Shown here one piece after another: positions 17,130 to 25,191 of a stretch of 53,928 bases of DNA. The translations under genes were made by a program, and so were the position numbers. The stretch's first letter is position 1. Every line of letters starts with the position of its first letter. Below the pieces are notes generated by a model, which ran no database searches, was not told where the DNA came from, and worked only from the letters and a program-made list of their open reading frames with translations. Source of the DNA: a virus. The stretch lies in the IMG/VR virus record IMGVR_UViG_3300045988_144911; one strand, 5' to 3'.

Positions 17130-18172
17130 TCTGAAAAACGCTTGAAAACGTCCCTGTAATAGTCCTCGAGCTTATCAAAGAAAATGTCCTTCTTATCCCT
17201 CATGATATGCCCATAAACCTGTTGTACCATGTTCTCTGTCTCATGTCCGAGCATATCCGCGATGTATTTTACCGGTATTCCAAGCATTATCATGACCGAT
17301 GCGGCATAATGACGCAGCTCGTGGAAGGTGTAGTGTGCGCCGGGACACACTTCCCGCAAAACCTTCTGATACCTGTCATATATAACAAGCGGCTTCAGAC
17401 CGGTAATGTACTCAGCTTCCGGGTCACACTGCCTCTTCATGGCTGACTTAAGTACGGAGATCATTCTGACCGTCCGGTTCCCTGCTTTGGTCTTCGTCGC
17501 TTTTTCAATAAGCTGATTGTCTTCGTCCATGACCTTTGCGCGGCGAACCGAAATGATCCCGGACTTAAAATCGACATCCGACCATTTCAAGCCGCAGATT
17601 TCACTCATGCGCATTCCCGCCAGCGCGCCCAGAAGCACCGGCAGTTCTATTTCGGTGTCCCTGACTGCGGAAATCAGCTTTACAACATCTTCTTCGGTCG
17701 GTATGGTGATATCCGGCTTTTTTCTTTGCGGCAAAGTCGTATACAGCACGAAATCCGGTCTGAACATCTTCAGCGACGCAGAAAGAAGCCCGTGGGCGTT
17801 TCTGACGGTCTTCGGTGAATGTTCTGCCGCCTCAAGGTTTACAGCCCTTTGCACATCCTCCTGCGTCAAATCGAAAATGCGAATGTCCCGTAAGCCTTGC
17901 AGATAATTTTTCTGATACCCTTTGTATTCCCTGTATGTCTTCGGCGACAGTACGTTCTTCTTTGCTTCCGCATAACGCGTTATTGCTTCGTCAACCGTGA
18001 TGTTATCCGCGCGGTTGCCTTTTTTGTTTGCATCAAACTGCGCCGCCTCAAGCTGCACGGCTTTTTTGTTTTTCCCGGTAAAGCTCCGGTAATGTGCTTT
18101 TCCGTCCGGATCAGTATAATCCAGCACCCGCGCCCTGTACGACCCGGACGGCAGCCTGTCTACCTTAACCAC
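17117..18172 (-). CDS. int: tyrosine recombinase / phage integrase
   Basis: 351 aa; C-terminal HELRHYAASVMIMLGIPVKYIADMLGH...VYGHI fits the R-H-R-Y catalytic pattern; GTG start. Confidence 0.9.
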   Translation of the reverse strand: MVKVDRLPSGSYRARVLDYTDPDGKAHYRSFTGKNKKAVQLEAAQFDANKKGNRADNITVDEAITRYAEAKKNVLSPKTYREYKGYQKNYLQGLRDIRIFDLTQEDVQRAVNLEAAEHSPKTVRNAHGLLSASLKMFRPDFVLYTTLPQRKKPDITIPTEEDVVKLISAVRDTEIELPVLLGALAGMRMSEICGLKWSDVDFKSGIISVRRAKVMDEDNQLIEKATKTKAGNRTVRMISVLKSAMKRQCDPEAEYITGLKPLVIYDRYQKVLREVCPGAHYTFHELRHYAASVMIMLGIPVKYIADMLGHETENMVQQVYGHIMRDKKDIFFDKLEDYYRDVFKRFSENLS

Positions 18173-18588
18173 AGCATTATCCTCTGATATGCAGACACCA
18201 CATACCGTATGTATCCCATGTTCCCGTGATGGCTGTCGTATATCACAAGTACCGCCGCGCCGACAACGAAAAGCGTCAGAACGCCGAAAAGAACCGCAAT
18301 CTTGCGGTTTTTGTCTTTTATGACCTTCGTGTATATGCCGATTATCTTGTCCTCAAACACCGTGTCGCGCTTTCCTGTCGGCTCCGCCTTTGAGATCCCG
18401 GCATACTCGTCCACCGACCCGCCGAGAGCCTTTATCACTTCCACAACCGCCTGAAATGCCGGATTTTCCGTGCTTCCCGACATGATCCTCTGCACCGTCC
18501 CGGCAGGAACCCCGCTTATGTCGGCTATCTGCGCCAGCGTGAGATTTCTTTCGTCCTTGAGTCTGTTCAGATACTCCGAAAGTGTCAT
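18160..18588 (-). CDS. XRE-family HTH regulator with C-terminal transmembrane anchor
   Basis: HTH LTLAQIADISGVPAGTVQRIMSG plus TM IAVLFGVLTLFVVGAAVLVIY. Ends in TAG, the only TAG stop I found, and overlaps the int start by 13 nt. Confidence 0.75.
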   Translation of the reverse strand: MTLSEYLNRLKDERNLTLAQIADISGVPAGTVQRIMSGSTENPAFQAVVEVIKALGGSVDEYAGISKAEPTGKRDTVFEDKIIGIYTKVIKDKNRKIAVLFGVLTLFVVGAAVLVIYDSHHGNMGYIRYVVSAYQRIMLWLR

Positions 18589-18744
18589 TTTCTGTTTTCC
18601 CCTCCCGTTATTTTTGCTTTTTTATGCTGAAAATTCGTTTTTGAAGGCGAATCTTTCATTTGTGAACTGAATGCCCATTTTTGCCTATTGATTATTCACC
18701 CCGTCAGTGATACAGTTAAATCATACCAATTGCGGAGGTGTATT

Positions 18745-18909
18745 ATGAACTCAACCGGCGACCGTCTGAAAAACTATTTTGAAAAAGCTCCAAAGCGAGA
18801 AAAGCTCTTCGCCCTGAAGCTCCTTCGGAAATTCATTTTACAAAAGTCATCAAAAGGGAAAGATATTCTTCCTTCTCCCTCTCGCTCAGACCGTCCACAA
18901 GCTCCGTAA
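18745..18909 (+). CDS. possible small protein (54 aa), doubtful
   Basis: Strong RBS GGAGGTG 4 nt before the ATG, but the 3' half overlaps the convergent gene 18833..19060 by 77 nt. Confidence 0.3.
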   Translation: MNSTGDRLKNYFEKAPKREKLFALKLLRKFILQKSSKGKDILPSPSRSDRPQAP

Positions 18910-19060
18910 ACTCGTCGGTAAGCCTCTTTTCTTCGTCCCCGCATTCTTCTGCCGAAACATCGTTCCCGTCGATTTTCAGCGCGCGCACTGCGGCAAGAAG
19001 CGCGTCCTCCGGGAAGTCTCCCGAAAGAATAACGTCCGCCAGCTTTCTTTTGTCTATCAT
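18833..19060 (-). CDS. small acidic helical protein (75 aa)
   Basis: Internal ATG at 19060 after GGGGAGA; reads MIDKRKLADVILSGDFPEDALLAAVRAL... Confidence 0.5.
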   Translation of the reverse strand: MIDKRKLADVILSGDFPEDALLAAVRALKIDGNDVSAEECGDEEKRLTDEFTELVDGLSEREKEEYLSLLMTFVK

Positions 19061-19099
19061 GCAAAAAAAATCTCCCCGATTTTTCGTCGTTTTAACCAA

Positions 19100-19128
19100 T
19101 TGACTTTTCCGGCAATCCGGAATATAAT
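19100..19128 (+). promoter_or_regulatory. consensus-like promoter TTGACT-17-TATAAT with palindromic operator in the spacer
   Basis: TTGACT at 19100-19105, TATAAT at 19123-19128; the spacer contains TTCCGGCAATCCGGAA. Confidence 0.65.
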
Positions 19129-19196
19129 ATACTTACCCGAACACCCGTTCGATTTACCGATACCCCAAGACCAAACAAAGAAAGGCAGTACATATC

Positions 19197-19361
19197 ATGA
19201 CAGCATCCGAACGCGAAGCCCTCAACCTCCGAATTGCAAAGATGATCAGCTCCCTGACGGACGAACAGTACGAAGAATTTCTTTTCCGCCTCGTTTCCGA
19301 GGTTAACATGAACCCGGAAATCAAGTATAATAATTCAGAAGCCCCGCATATGCGGAGCTGA
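19197..19361 (+). CDS. small protein (54 aa)
   Basis: ATG about 70 nt downstream of the 19100 promoter; reads MTASEREALNLRIAKMISSLTDEQYEEFLFRLVSEV...; too short for the ORF track. Confidence 0.45.
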   Translation: MTASEREALNLRIAKMISSLTDEQYEEFLFRLVSEVNMNPEIKYNNSEAPHMRS

Positions 19362-19528
19362 GAGCATTTTCTTTCGGTCGCCCTACTCCGGTTTGAGGTG
19401 ACTGCACAACCCCTACTGAAAGCTCCGCCAGCAACGCCCCGGTGCGCTCTGTACTTCGTCGCTTGAGTACAGTATACACCTGATTTTGCGATTTGTCAAT
19501 ATTTTTTTACAATAAGGAGAAACCAAAA

Positions 19529-19912
19529 ATGATCGTCGTACTTCTAACCTTTGCCGCCGTCATAATTATTATGGCATATATGTTTTACAGATTTGCCGAC
19601 ACGGACATCACAGACAAAAGGCACATTGTAACCGTCAGCTTTACCTATGATGTACCGACAGCCGACGGAGCGGGTTTTCAGAACGTAATTGCATCGGCAA
19701 GCATTGAGCTTCCGATAGAATCGCCGCTTCACCCGTTATGCAACACAATAGCAACGGAATCAAAAAGACTGTCCTTTACCGCAAGCGCAAAAGAACGGCA
19801 GAAAATCCGTGAATTTATTCTGGAAGCCGCCTCAATTGCCGCCCCAATGTGGCAGGAACAGCACGACGCGCTCCAAAAAGAGCTTGTCAAGACACTTTTC
19901 AAGAACAGTTAA
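19529..19912 (+). CDS. membrane-anchored protein (127 aa)
   Basis: ATG after AAGGAGA; N-terminal TM MIVVLLTFAAVIIIMAYMFY; followed by a terminator. Confidence 0.6.
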   Translation: MIVVLLTFAAVIIIMAYMFYRFADTDITDKRHIVTVSFTYDVPTADGAGFQNVIASASIELPIESPLHPLCNTIATESKRLSFTASAKERQKIREFILEAASIAAPMWQEQHDALQKELVKTLFKNS

Positions 19913-19919
19913 CCCTATT

Positions 19920-19950
19920 CCGCCCCTCCGCAAGGAAGGGCGGTTTTGTT
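19920..19950. terminator. terminator hairpin between convergent genes
   Basis: CCGCCC...GGGCGG stem followed by TTTTGTT. Confidence 0.65.
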
Positions 19951-20524
19951 ATCCCACGCTGCTTATAAGCTCATTCAGATAACTTTTCTGATCTTCATAT
20001 GTTGCCTCGTCAATATCTCCGCCCTTAACTGCTTCCCGCATGGATTTATCATAAAGCAACAAGAGATTTGGCGCTTCCGACATCGGATTGAGCTGTCCGC
20101 GGTAAATGTGAAACCTTCCGCTGCTCAGTTGGTCGAAACATATATTTACAATCATAATCCGAGCTTTCTTTTCCATTTCACGCGGAGCGTTCGGAATCAA
20201 AGACTCGTCAGCCTTTCTTAAATACGGGCTGATTATTCCCATTATTACCGGTTTTGCTGAAAGCTCGTTTTTGTTTTCTTCGTTATCGATGATATCAATG
20301 CAAATTTGCTCAAGTCGTTCTGCTTTGCTTCTGCCGCCGACTTCGCTCTCATTTTCATACTTACAGCAAGCTACAGCCGCAAAAATTATAACGCCGAACC
20401 CGATAATAATAAATGATGTTGCAGCCTCTCCGAATATTGCTCCCGTCACGCTTCCTACCGCGCCGAGAACAACAAGGGCTATACCAAAAACCAGAAACAC
20501 AATCGCAATTACTTTTTTCATCAC
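19949..20524 (-). CDS. two-TM membrane protein with cytoplasmic domain (191 aa), repressor operon
   Basis: N-terminal hydrophobic segments (VIAIVFLVFGIALVVLGAV and SFIIIGFGVIIFAAVACC); visibly AT-rich. Confidence 0.7.
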   Translation of the reverse strand: MMKKVIAIVFLVFGIALVVLGAVGSVTGAIFGEAATSFIIIGFGVIIFAAVACCKYENESEVGGRSKAERLEQICIDIIDNEENKNELSAKPVIMGIISPYLRKADESLIPNAPREMEKKARIMIVNICFDQLSSGRFHIYRGQLNPMSEAPNLLLLYDKSMREAVKGGDIDEATYEDQKSYLNELISSVG

Positions 20525-20556
20525 TTATTTCCTCCCATCATGTTAATGTCAATGCT

Positions 20557-21123
20557 TCATTTGAATGCAAACGCAAACAAAACATCAAGAGCCACAAAAA
20601 CAATATATGCAACTATTCTTACACGCCCATTGATTATTTCGCGTCGTGAATAATCCTCAAACATATCAAGAGCAAGTGTATCATATACTATCTGATCACC
20701 GATTCCTTCTTTCGCCATCGTCTTTAATGTGTCCAGCGTTCTATCCGCTTTGTTTTGCGCAATGTTAAGGTTTGCGAAACTAAGCGCATAGCATATCATA
20801 AAACTCGCAACGAGGCTCAATGCAGTGACCAACAAATAAAGAACTATCTGCCCCGAACTTCTAATAATTCTATTTCTAATTGTAAAAGCAACACTTGTAA
20901 GCCCCAACAATATTAGCATGAAAACGATTTCCGCGTTACCGTTATACTTTTCAAGCGGTAATAACGCCCTGTCAATTTGGTCTCTTATGTTTTCGTTTTT
21001 TACGTTTTTCACAATCTCAGAAAAATCCATAGACCGATCGAAAAAATGTAAAAAAGACAGGGTTAAAAGAATCACCACCATGCCAATCGTAGATTCCGCC
21101 ACCGTAAGCCAAAACGCCTTCAT
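20557..21123 (-). CDS. multi-pass membrane protein (188 aa), repressor operon
   Basis: About five hydrophobic segments; its start overlaps the repressor stop (ATGA); visibly AT-rich. Confidence 0.7.
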   Translation of the reverse strand: MKAFWLTVAESTIGMVVILLTLSFLHFFDRSMDFSEIVKNVKNENIRDQIDRALLPLEKYNGNAEIVFMLILLGLTSVAFTIRNRIIRSSGQIVLYLLVTALSLVASFMICYALSFANLNIAQNKADRTLDTLKTMAKEGIGDQIVYDTLALDMFEDYSRREIINGRVRIVAYIVFVALDVLFAFAFK

Positions 21124-21458
21124 TTCTCCGCTCCCAATACCGCTTCAAGAACTTTCTCAATCTTAACTGCATCCTCATCAGACAAGGACGCGATCATATC
21201 CATAACCTTCACCCTCTCCTCCGACATCTCAACTCCCCTCCAAGATGTTCCGGAGGCTTTTTTTGTTTCTCCCAGAAGGCTGTCAACAGATACGTCAAAA
21301 TATCCGGCAATTTTCAACAGCGTCTTGTGATGAGGAACCTTTCCCTGTTTCCATGAAGTTACAGCTCCGCTTGAACAGCCCATTTCTTTCGCCACCGCAT
21401 TGGGGCTTTTTTTGATTTTCAGACAAAGACTATAATACGCTTCCCAGAACATAATCAC
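21120..21458 (-). CDS. CI-like XRE-family repressor
   Basis: HTH SPNAVAKEMGCSSGAVTSWKQGKVPHHKTLLKIAGYFDVSVDSLLG; divergent from the early operon; RBS AGAGGTGA. Confidence 0.8.
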   Translation of the reverse strand: MIMFWEAYYSLCLKIKKSPNAVAKEMGCSSGAVTSWKQGKVPHHKTLLKIAGYFDVSVDSLLGETKKASGTSWRGVEMSEERVKVMDMIASLSDEDAVKIEKVLEAVLGAEK

Positions 21459-21497
21459 CTCTAATAAATTAAAAATGAGAAAATCTCATTTTTCCTA

Positions 21498-21526
21498 TTG
21501 ACAATCTCAACAAGTTGAGATATAAT
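21498..21526 (+). promoter_or_regulatory. early promoter, perfect TTGACA-17-TATAAT with palindromic operator in the spacer
   Basis: TTGACA at 21498-21503, TATAAT at 21521-21526, operator TCTCAACAAGTTGAGA at 21505-21520. Confidence 0.8.
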
Positions 21527-21640
21527 ATACTCATCAAAGCACCGAAGACCATGTCGGTGCCGCGATACCAGATACATCACTCCATATATCTGTTTGAGAC
21601 GGCATAAGCGCCTTACCATATACAATTGTTCCGCAACTCA

Positions 21641-21669
21641 ATTGTAACACGGCAGGGCGCAAATGTCAA
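21641..21669 (-). promoter_or_regulatory. leftward promoter TTGACA-17-TACAAT for the repressor operon
   Basis: Reverse complement of 21641-21669 is TTGACATTTGCGCCCTGCCGTGTTACAAT. The inverted repeat ACAATTG...CAATTGT (21622-21645) overlaps the -10. Confidence 0.65.
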
Positions 21670-21707
21670 CAAAAAAATGAATCAAAATTAAAGAAGGAGG
21701 ATAAAGC

Positions 21708-21917
21708 ATGAACCTCGATCTCAAAACCCGCATGGTAAGACTTCGACTTAAGCAGAAGGATGCCGCAGAAATGCTGAACCGTTCCGGTCTGAATACCTGC
21801 AAATCAGAAGTATCGGTGGCAATAAACAGACTGCGCGATTATCCCAAGCTCGACGTGGTCAGAAACGAGCTGTCAAATCTTCTGACAAAGCTCGAACGCG
21901 AAAGGGGAATAAAATAA
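21708..21917 (+). CDS. first early gene, small DNA-binding-like protein (Cro position)
   Basis: RBS AAGGAGG; 69 aa; reads RLKQKDAAEMLNRSGLNT... Confidence 0.55.
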   Translation: MNLDLKTRMVRLRLKQKDAAEMLNRSGLNTCKSEVSVAINRLRDYPKLDVVRNELSNLLTKLERERGIK

Positions 21918-22180
21918 TGCCCCGCATATCTAAGTCCGAAGAGGATCGGCGGTACGCTTCGGTCATAAGACACCTTGACGCATACAAAGCCGCAAGATTC
22001 CGGAACGGCGACGACAAAACTGCGGTCGCCTCCGCACTCGGTCTCTCCCCGGCAAGAATGTACCGCATCCTCTCCGGCTCCGCCGACACACTGACACTGA
22101 GAGAGATCATGACCATCGCAAATACGCTCAACATCTCGGTTCCGGCGCTGCTCGGCTGCCGGGAGGAAAGGACGATATGA
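21917..22180 (+). CDS. HTH protein (87 aa)
   Basis: TAVASALGLSPARMYRILSGSADTLTLREIMTIANTLNISVPALLG. Confidence 0.6.
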   Translation: MPRISKSEEDRRYASVIRHLDAYKAARFRNGDDKTAVASALGLSPARMYRILSGSADTLTLREIMTIANTLNISVPALLGCREERTI

Positions 22181-22341
22181 AAAAGTACATCCCCGGCACA
22201 CTCGCCCTCGCCCTTGCGTATCTCTTCCTGATACTCGCGTTCACAATAGGCATAAAGGCTCTTGTTTCCCTGCCGGTTATCGTGTACGCACAGTACAGAC
22301 TCTTAAGAAGAGCAAAAAAACAGCCACTGCCGAAGCAGTGA
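22177..22341 (+). CDS. small membrane protein (54 aa)
   Basis: ATGA overlap with the upstream gene; TM GTLALALAYLFLILAFTIGI; too short for the ORF track. Confidence 0.45.
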   Translation: MKKYIPGTLALALAYLFLILAFTIGIKALVSLPVIVYAQYRLLRRAKKQPLPKQ

Positions 22342-22495
22342 CTGTCGCAAAGGAGGGCGGCGGTAAAATAGCGAAAACCCGCCGCAATGAAACCAGACCC
22401 CAAGAGGAAAAAGGTCAGTATTCAGTATTATTGTATTGCCTTTTTCCGAAAAAGTTAACCCCAAAATCAAAAAAACAATGAAAAGAGGAATACAA

Positions 22496-22786
22496 ATGAA
22501 CCCCTACACCCCCGCAGAAATGCACACCTTCGCGGAATACGCCCTCGAACACGTTTATAAGCTCAATACCCACACCCCGGAAACCATGCAGTTCGATACA
22601 CACTACTGCCCGATCGCGGTCACCGTCAGCCTTTTTTTTCTGTCAGAAGACGGCTGGAACGTCCTCCGTTCAGAACACGCAGATACATACAGACACTCAT
22701 CAAAAAACGACGTATACGACGCAATCGCCCGCTGGGAAGAAAGATACCTCAAAAAGGAGACCCCCGAAGATGACAATCTGGGATGA
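22496..22786 (+). CDS. hypothetical early protein
   Basis: ATG after AAGAGGA; an alternative ATG lies at 22478. Confidence 0.55.
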   Translation: MNPYTPAEMHTFAEYALEHVYKLNTHTPETMQFDTHYCPIAVTVSLFFLSEDGWNVLRSEHADTYRHSSKNDVYDAIARWEERYLKKETPEDDNLG

Positions 22787-22979
22787 AATCACCATATCCG
22801 ACTACGAGCAGAAATGGCTCGACCCGGACTATGATTTTGCAAACCGCAGCTTCCGGTCCGACGAAGAAGCAGCCGAGACCGATACCCGCGAAATGCCCCT
22901 CACGGAAGATGAGGAGTATGAAGAAGACCTCCGCATGACGGAGATGAGAAGAGAAATCCTCGGAAGGAGATACGCATGA
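22770..22979 (+). CDS. small acidic hypothetical protein
   Basis: 69 aa, E/D-rich; operon context. Confidence 0.5.
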   Translation: MTIWDEITISDYEQKWLDPDYDFANRSFRSDEEAAETDTREMPLTEDEEYEEDLRMTEMRREILGRRYA

Positions 22980-23476
22980 ACCTCTACGAAATCAACTCAC
23001 AGATAAAACGAATCCTCGATAACGGCTTCAACGGGAGCATCGACCCGGAGACCGGAGAGATCATCGACGAAGGCGAACACGACCTTGAAACCCTTGAAAT
23101 CCTCCGACAGGACAAGCTCGAAGGCATAGCCCTCTACATCAAGAACCTGACCGCTCTGGCAGACGATATAAAGGCAGAGGAGAAATCCCTCGCCGAGCGC
23201 AGAAAAGCCGCAGAAGCCAAAGCAGAACGCCTGAGCGCATATCTCGCGGACGACCTCACCTCTCACGGTGAGAAAAAGCTCGAAACCGCAAAATGCGCCG
23301 TCACAATGAGAAAATCCGAAGCGGTCATCGTCGACGAATCCCTCCTCGACATGACATGGTTCAAGCCCACCACCACATACAAGCCGATGCTGGCTGAAAT
23401 AAAGAAGGCAATCAAAGCCGGAGAAACCGTCGACGGCGCACACATCGAAGAAAGGCAGAAGGTAACAGTGAAATGA
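22976..23476 (+). CDS. Siphovirus Gp157-family protein
   Basis: MNLYEINSQIKRILDNG...ETGEI...ALYIKNLTALADDIKAEEKSLAERRK matches my memory of the Gp157 pattern. Confidence 0.6.
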   Translation: MNLYEINSQIKRILDNGFNGSIDPETGEIIDEGEHDLETLEILRQDKLEGIALYIKNLTALADDIKAEEKSLAERRKAAEAKAERLSAYLADDLTSHGEKKLETAKCAVTMRKSEAVIVDESLLDMTWFKPTTTYKPMLAEIKKAIKAGETVDGAHIEERQKVTVK

Positions 23477-24084
23477 ACGAGAAAAACTACTTTACAGAGC
23501 TGAACGCGATAAACGTCAGCGACAAAACCGAGAAGAAAAACGGTATGACCTACCTCTCATGGGCATGGGCATGGGGAGAGCTGAAAAAGCTCCATCCGGA
23601 TGCAACCTATACCGTCTACGAAAACAAGGACGGCTGGCTCTACCACACCGACGGTCGCACCTGCTGGGTAAAAACCGGCGTCACCGTAAACGGAATCGAG
23701 AACATCGAGTACCTGCCGGTCATGGATTTCCGCAACAACTCCATCCCGGCGGACAAAGTAACCTCCTATGACGTAAACAAAGCCGTCCAGAGATCTCTCA
23801 CCAAAGCCGTTGCCCGTCACGGTCTCGGTCTGTACATCTATGCCGGAGAAGACCTCCCCGAAGGCGAGGAAAAGCCGCAGGAGAGACAGACCGAAAAGCC
23901 CCCGAAAGCCAAACCCTCAGCCGAAATCACCTGCACCAAATGCGGAGTAAAGATCGAGCCGGTCATTGCCAAAACCGGCAAGACCATGACCGCACAGGAG
24001 ATATCCGACTTCTCAAGAAAGAAGTTCGGACAGTGCCTCTGCCCCGCCTGCCAGAAGATCGAGAACGAAAGAGCTAAAGCATGA
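23473..24084 (+). CDS. single-strand annealing protein (Rad52/Sak-like, DUF1071-type) with C-terminal zinc ribbon
   Basis: YLSWAWAWGELKKLHPDATY and HGLGLYIYAGEDLP motifs; CTKCG...CPACQ at the C-terminus. Confidence 0.6.
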   Translation: MNEKNYFTELNAINVSDKTEKKNGMTYLSWAWAWGELKKLHPDATYTVYENKDGWLYHTDGRTCWVKTGVTVNGIENIEYLPVMDFRNNSIPADKVTSYDVNKAVQRSLTKAVARHGLGLYIYAGEDLPEGEEKPQERQTEKPPKAKPSAEITCTKCGVKIEPVIAKTGKTMTAQEISDFSRKKFGQCLCPACQKIENERAKA

Positions 24085-24611
24085 AAGGCAGAATCGCCTC
24101 CGAAATAACCTTCACCGCCGACCGGAAGCAGCGCGTCACGATAGAGCTTGACGAGGACTTCCGCCCGGCATGGGACGAGCTTCACGGGGAGGAGCTTGAG
24201 ATATCGGTCAAAAAGTACCGCAAAAAGCGCAGCCTTGATTCGTCAGCCTACGCATGGGTGCTCCTCGACCGCCTCTCCGAAAAGCTCCGCATCCCGAAGG
24301 AAAGGATATACCGCTCCCTTATCCGCGACGTTGGCGGCAACTGCACAGCCGTCTGCGTTCAGGACAAGGCAGCGGACAAGCTGACGGAATCATGGCAGAG
24401 AAACGGCATCGGATGGGTGACAGACACCATGCCCTCAAAGCTGGACGGCTGTAAGACAGTGATCCTCTATTACGGCTCCTCCACCTACGATACCGCCCAG
24501 ATGTCCCGCCTCCTCGACCTCATCATCGAGGAGTGCAAAGAGCAGGGCATCGAAACCAAAACCCCGAACGAGATCGCGGAGATGCTGAGCCTATGGGAAA
24601 ACGCGAGATAA
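24081..24611 (+). CDS. NinB/Orf-like recombination mediator candidate
   Basis: KKRSLDSSAYAWVLLDRLS ... YGSSTYDTAQMSRLLDLIIEECKEQGIET parallels the lambda NinB layout (RSLDQN...STS...ELLE). Confidence 0.4.
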   Translation: MKGRIASEITFTADRKQRVTIELDEDFRPAWDELHGEELEISVKKYRKKRSLDSSAYAWVLLDRLSEKLRIPKERIYRSLIRDVGGNCTAVCVQDKAADKLTESWQRNGIGWVTDTMPSKLDGCKTVILYYGSSTYDTAQMSRLLDLIIEECKEQGIETKTPNEIAEMLSLWENAR

Positions 24612-24907
24612 AATCCGTACTCAAGACCCGCCCCGGTCTGTGCTACCTCTGCAAAAGGCAGACGGAAACCTGCCTCCACCACGTGTACGGAGCGTTCAAC
24701 CGATGGATGTCCGACGAAAACGGCTTCGTCGTCTTTCTCTGTCCGTCATGCCATACCGAATCCCCCACATCAGCCCATAAATGCCGCGACACCGACCTTT
24801 ACCTCAAGCGCAGATGTCAGGTGGCATACGAAAAAAACCACACAAGAGACGAGTTTATGCGCCTTGTGGGACGAAATTACTTAACCGAAAAGGAGAAAGA
24901 GAAATGA
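24593..24907 (+). CDS. HNH/zinc-finger-like phage protein (NinG/DUF968-like)
   Basis: Internal ATG at 24593; CYLC...HHV...LCPSCH Cys/His pattern. Confidence 0.45.
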   Translation: MGKREIKSVLKTRPGLCYLCKRQTETCLHHVYGAFNRWMSDENGFVVFLCPSCHTESPTSAHKCRDTDLYLKRRCQVAYEKNHTRDEFMRLVGRNYLTEKEKEK

Positions 24908-25191
24908 AAGAACAGAACTACATCGTAAGAGCCGACAGAGCAGGAGTGTTCTTCGGCAAAATCAAGGAGCGCAGCGGAAGCGAAGTCACCATGACCGATG
25001 TCCGCCGTATCTGGTACTGGGACGGTGCGGCATCCCTTTCACAGCTTGCCGTCGAGGGAACAAAAAAACCCAAAAATTGCAAGTTCACCATCTATGTTCC
25101 CGAGATGATTATACTCGGTGTGATTGAGATTATCCCCTGTACCGCCGAGGCTGAAGTCAGCATAAAGGAAGTCCCGGAATGGAGAGTGTAA
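24904..25191 (+). CDS. conserved phage hypothetical protein
   Basis: ATGA overlap with the upstream gene; RRIWYWDGAASLSQLAVEG motif. Confidence 0.55.
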   Translation: MKEQNYIVRADRAGVFFGKIKERSGSEVTMTDVRRIWYWDGAASLSQLAVEGTKKPKNCKFTIYVPEMIILGVIEIIPCTAEAEVSIKEVPEWRV

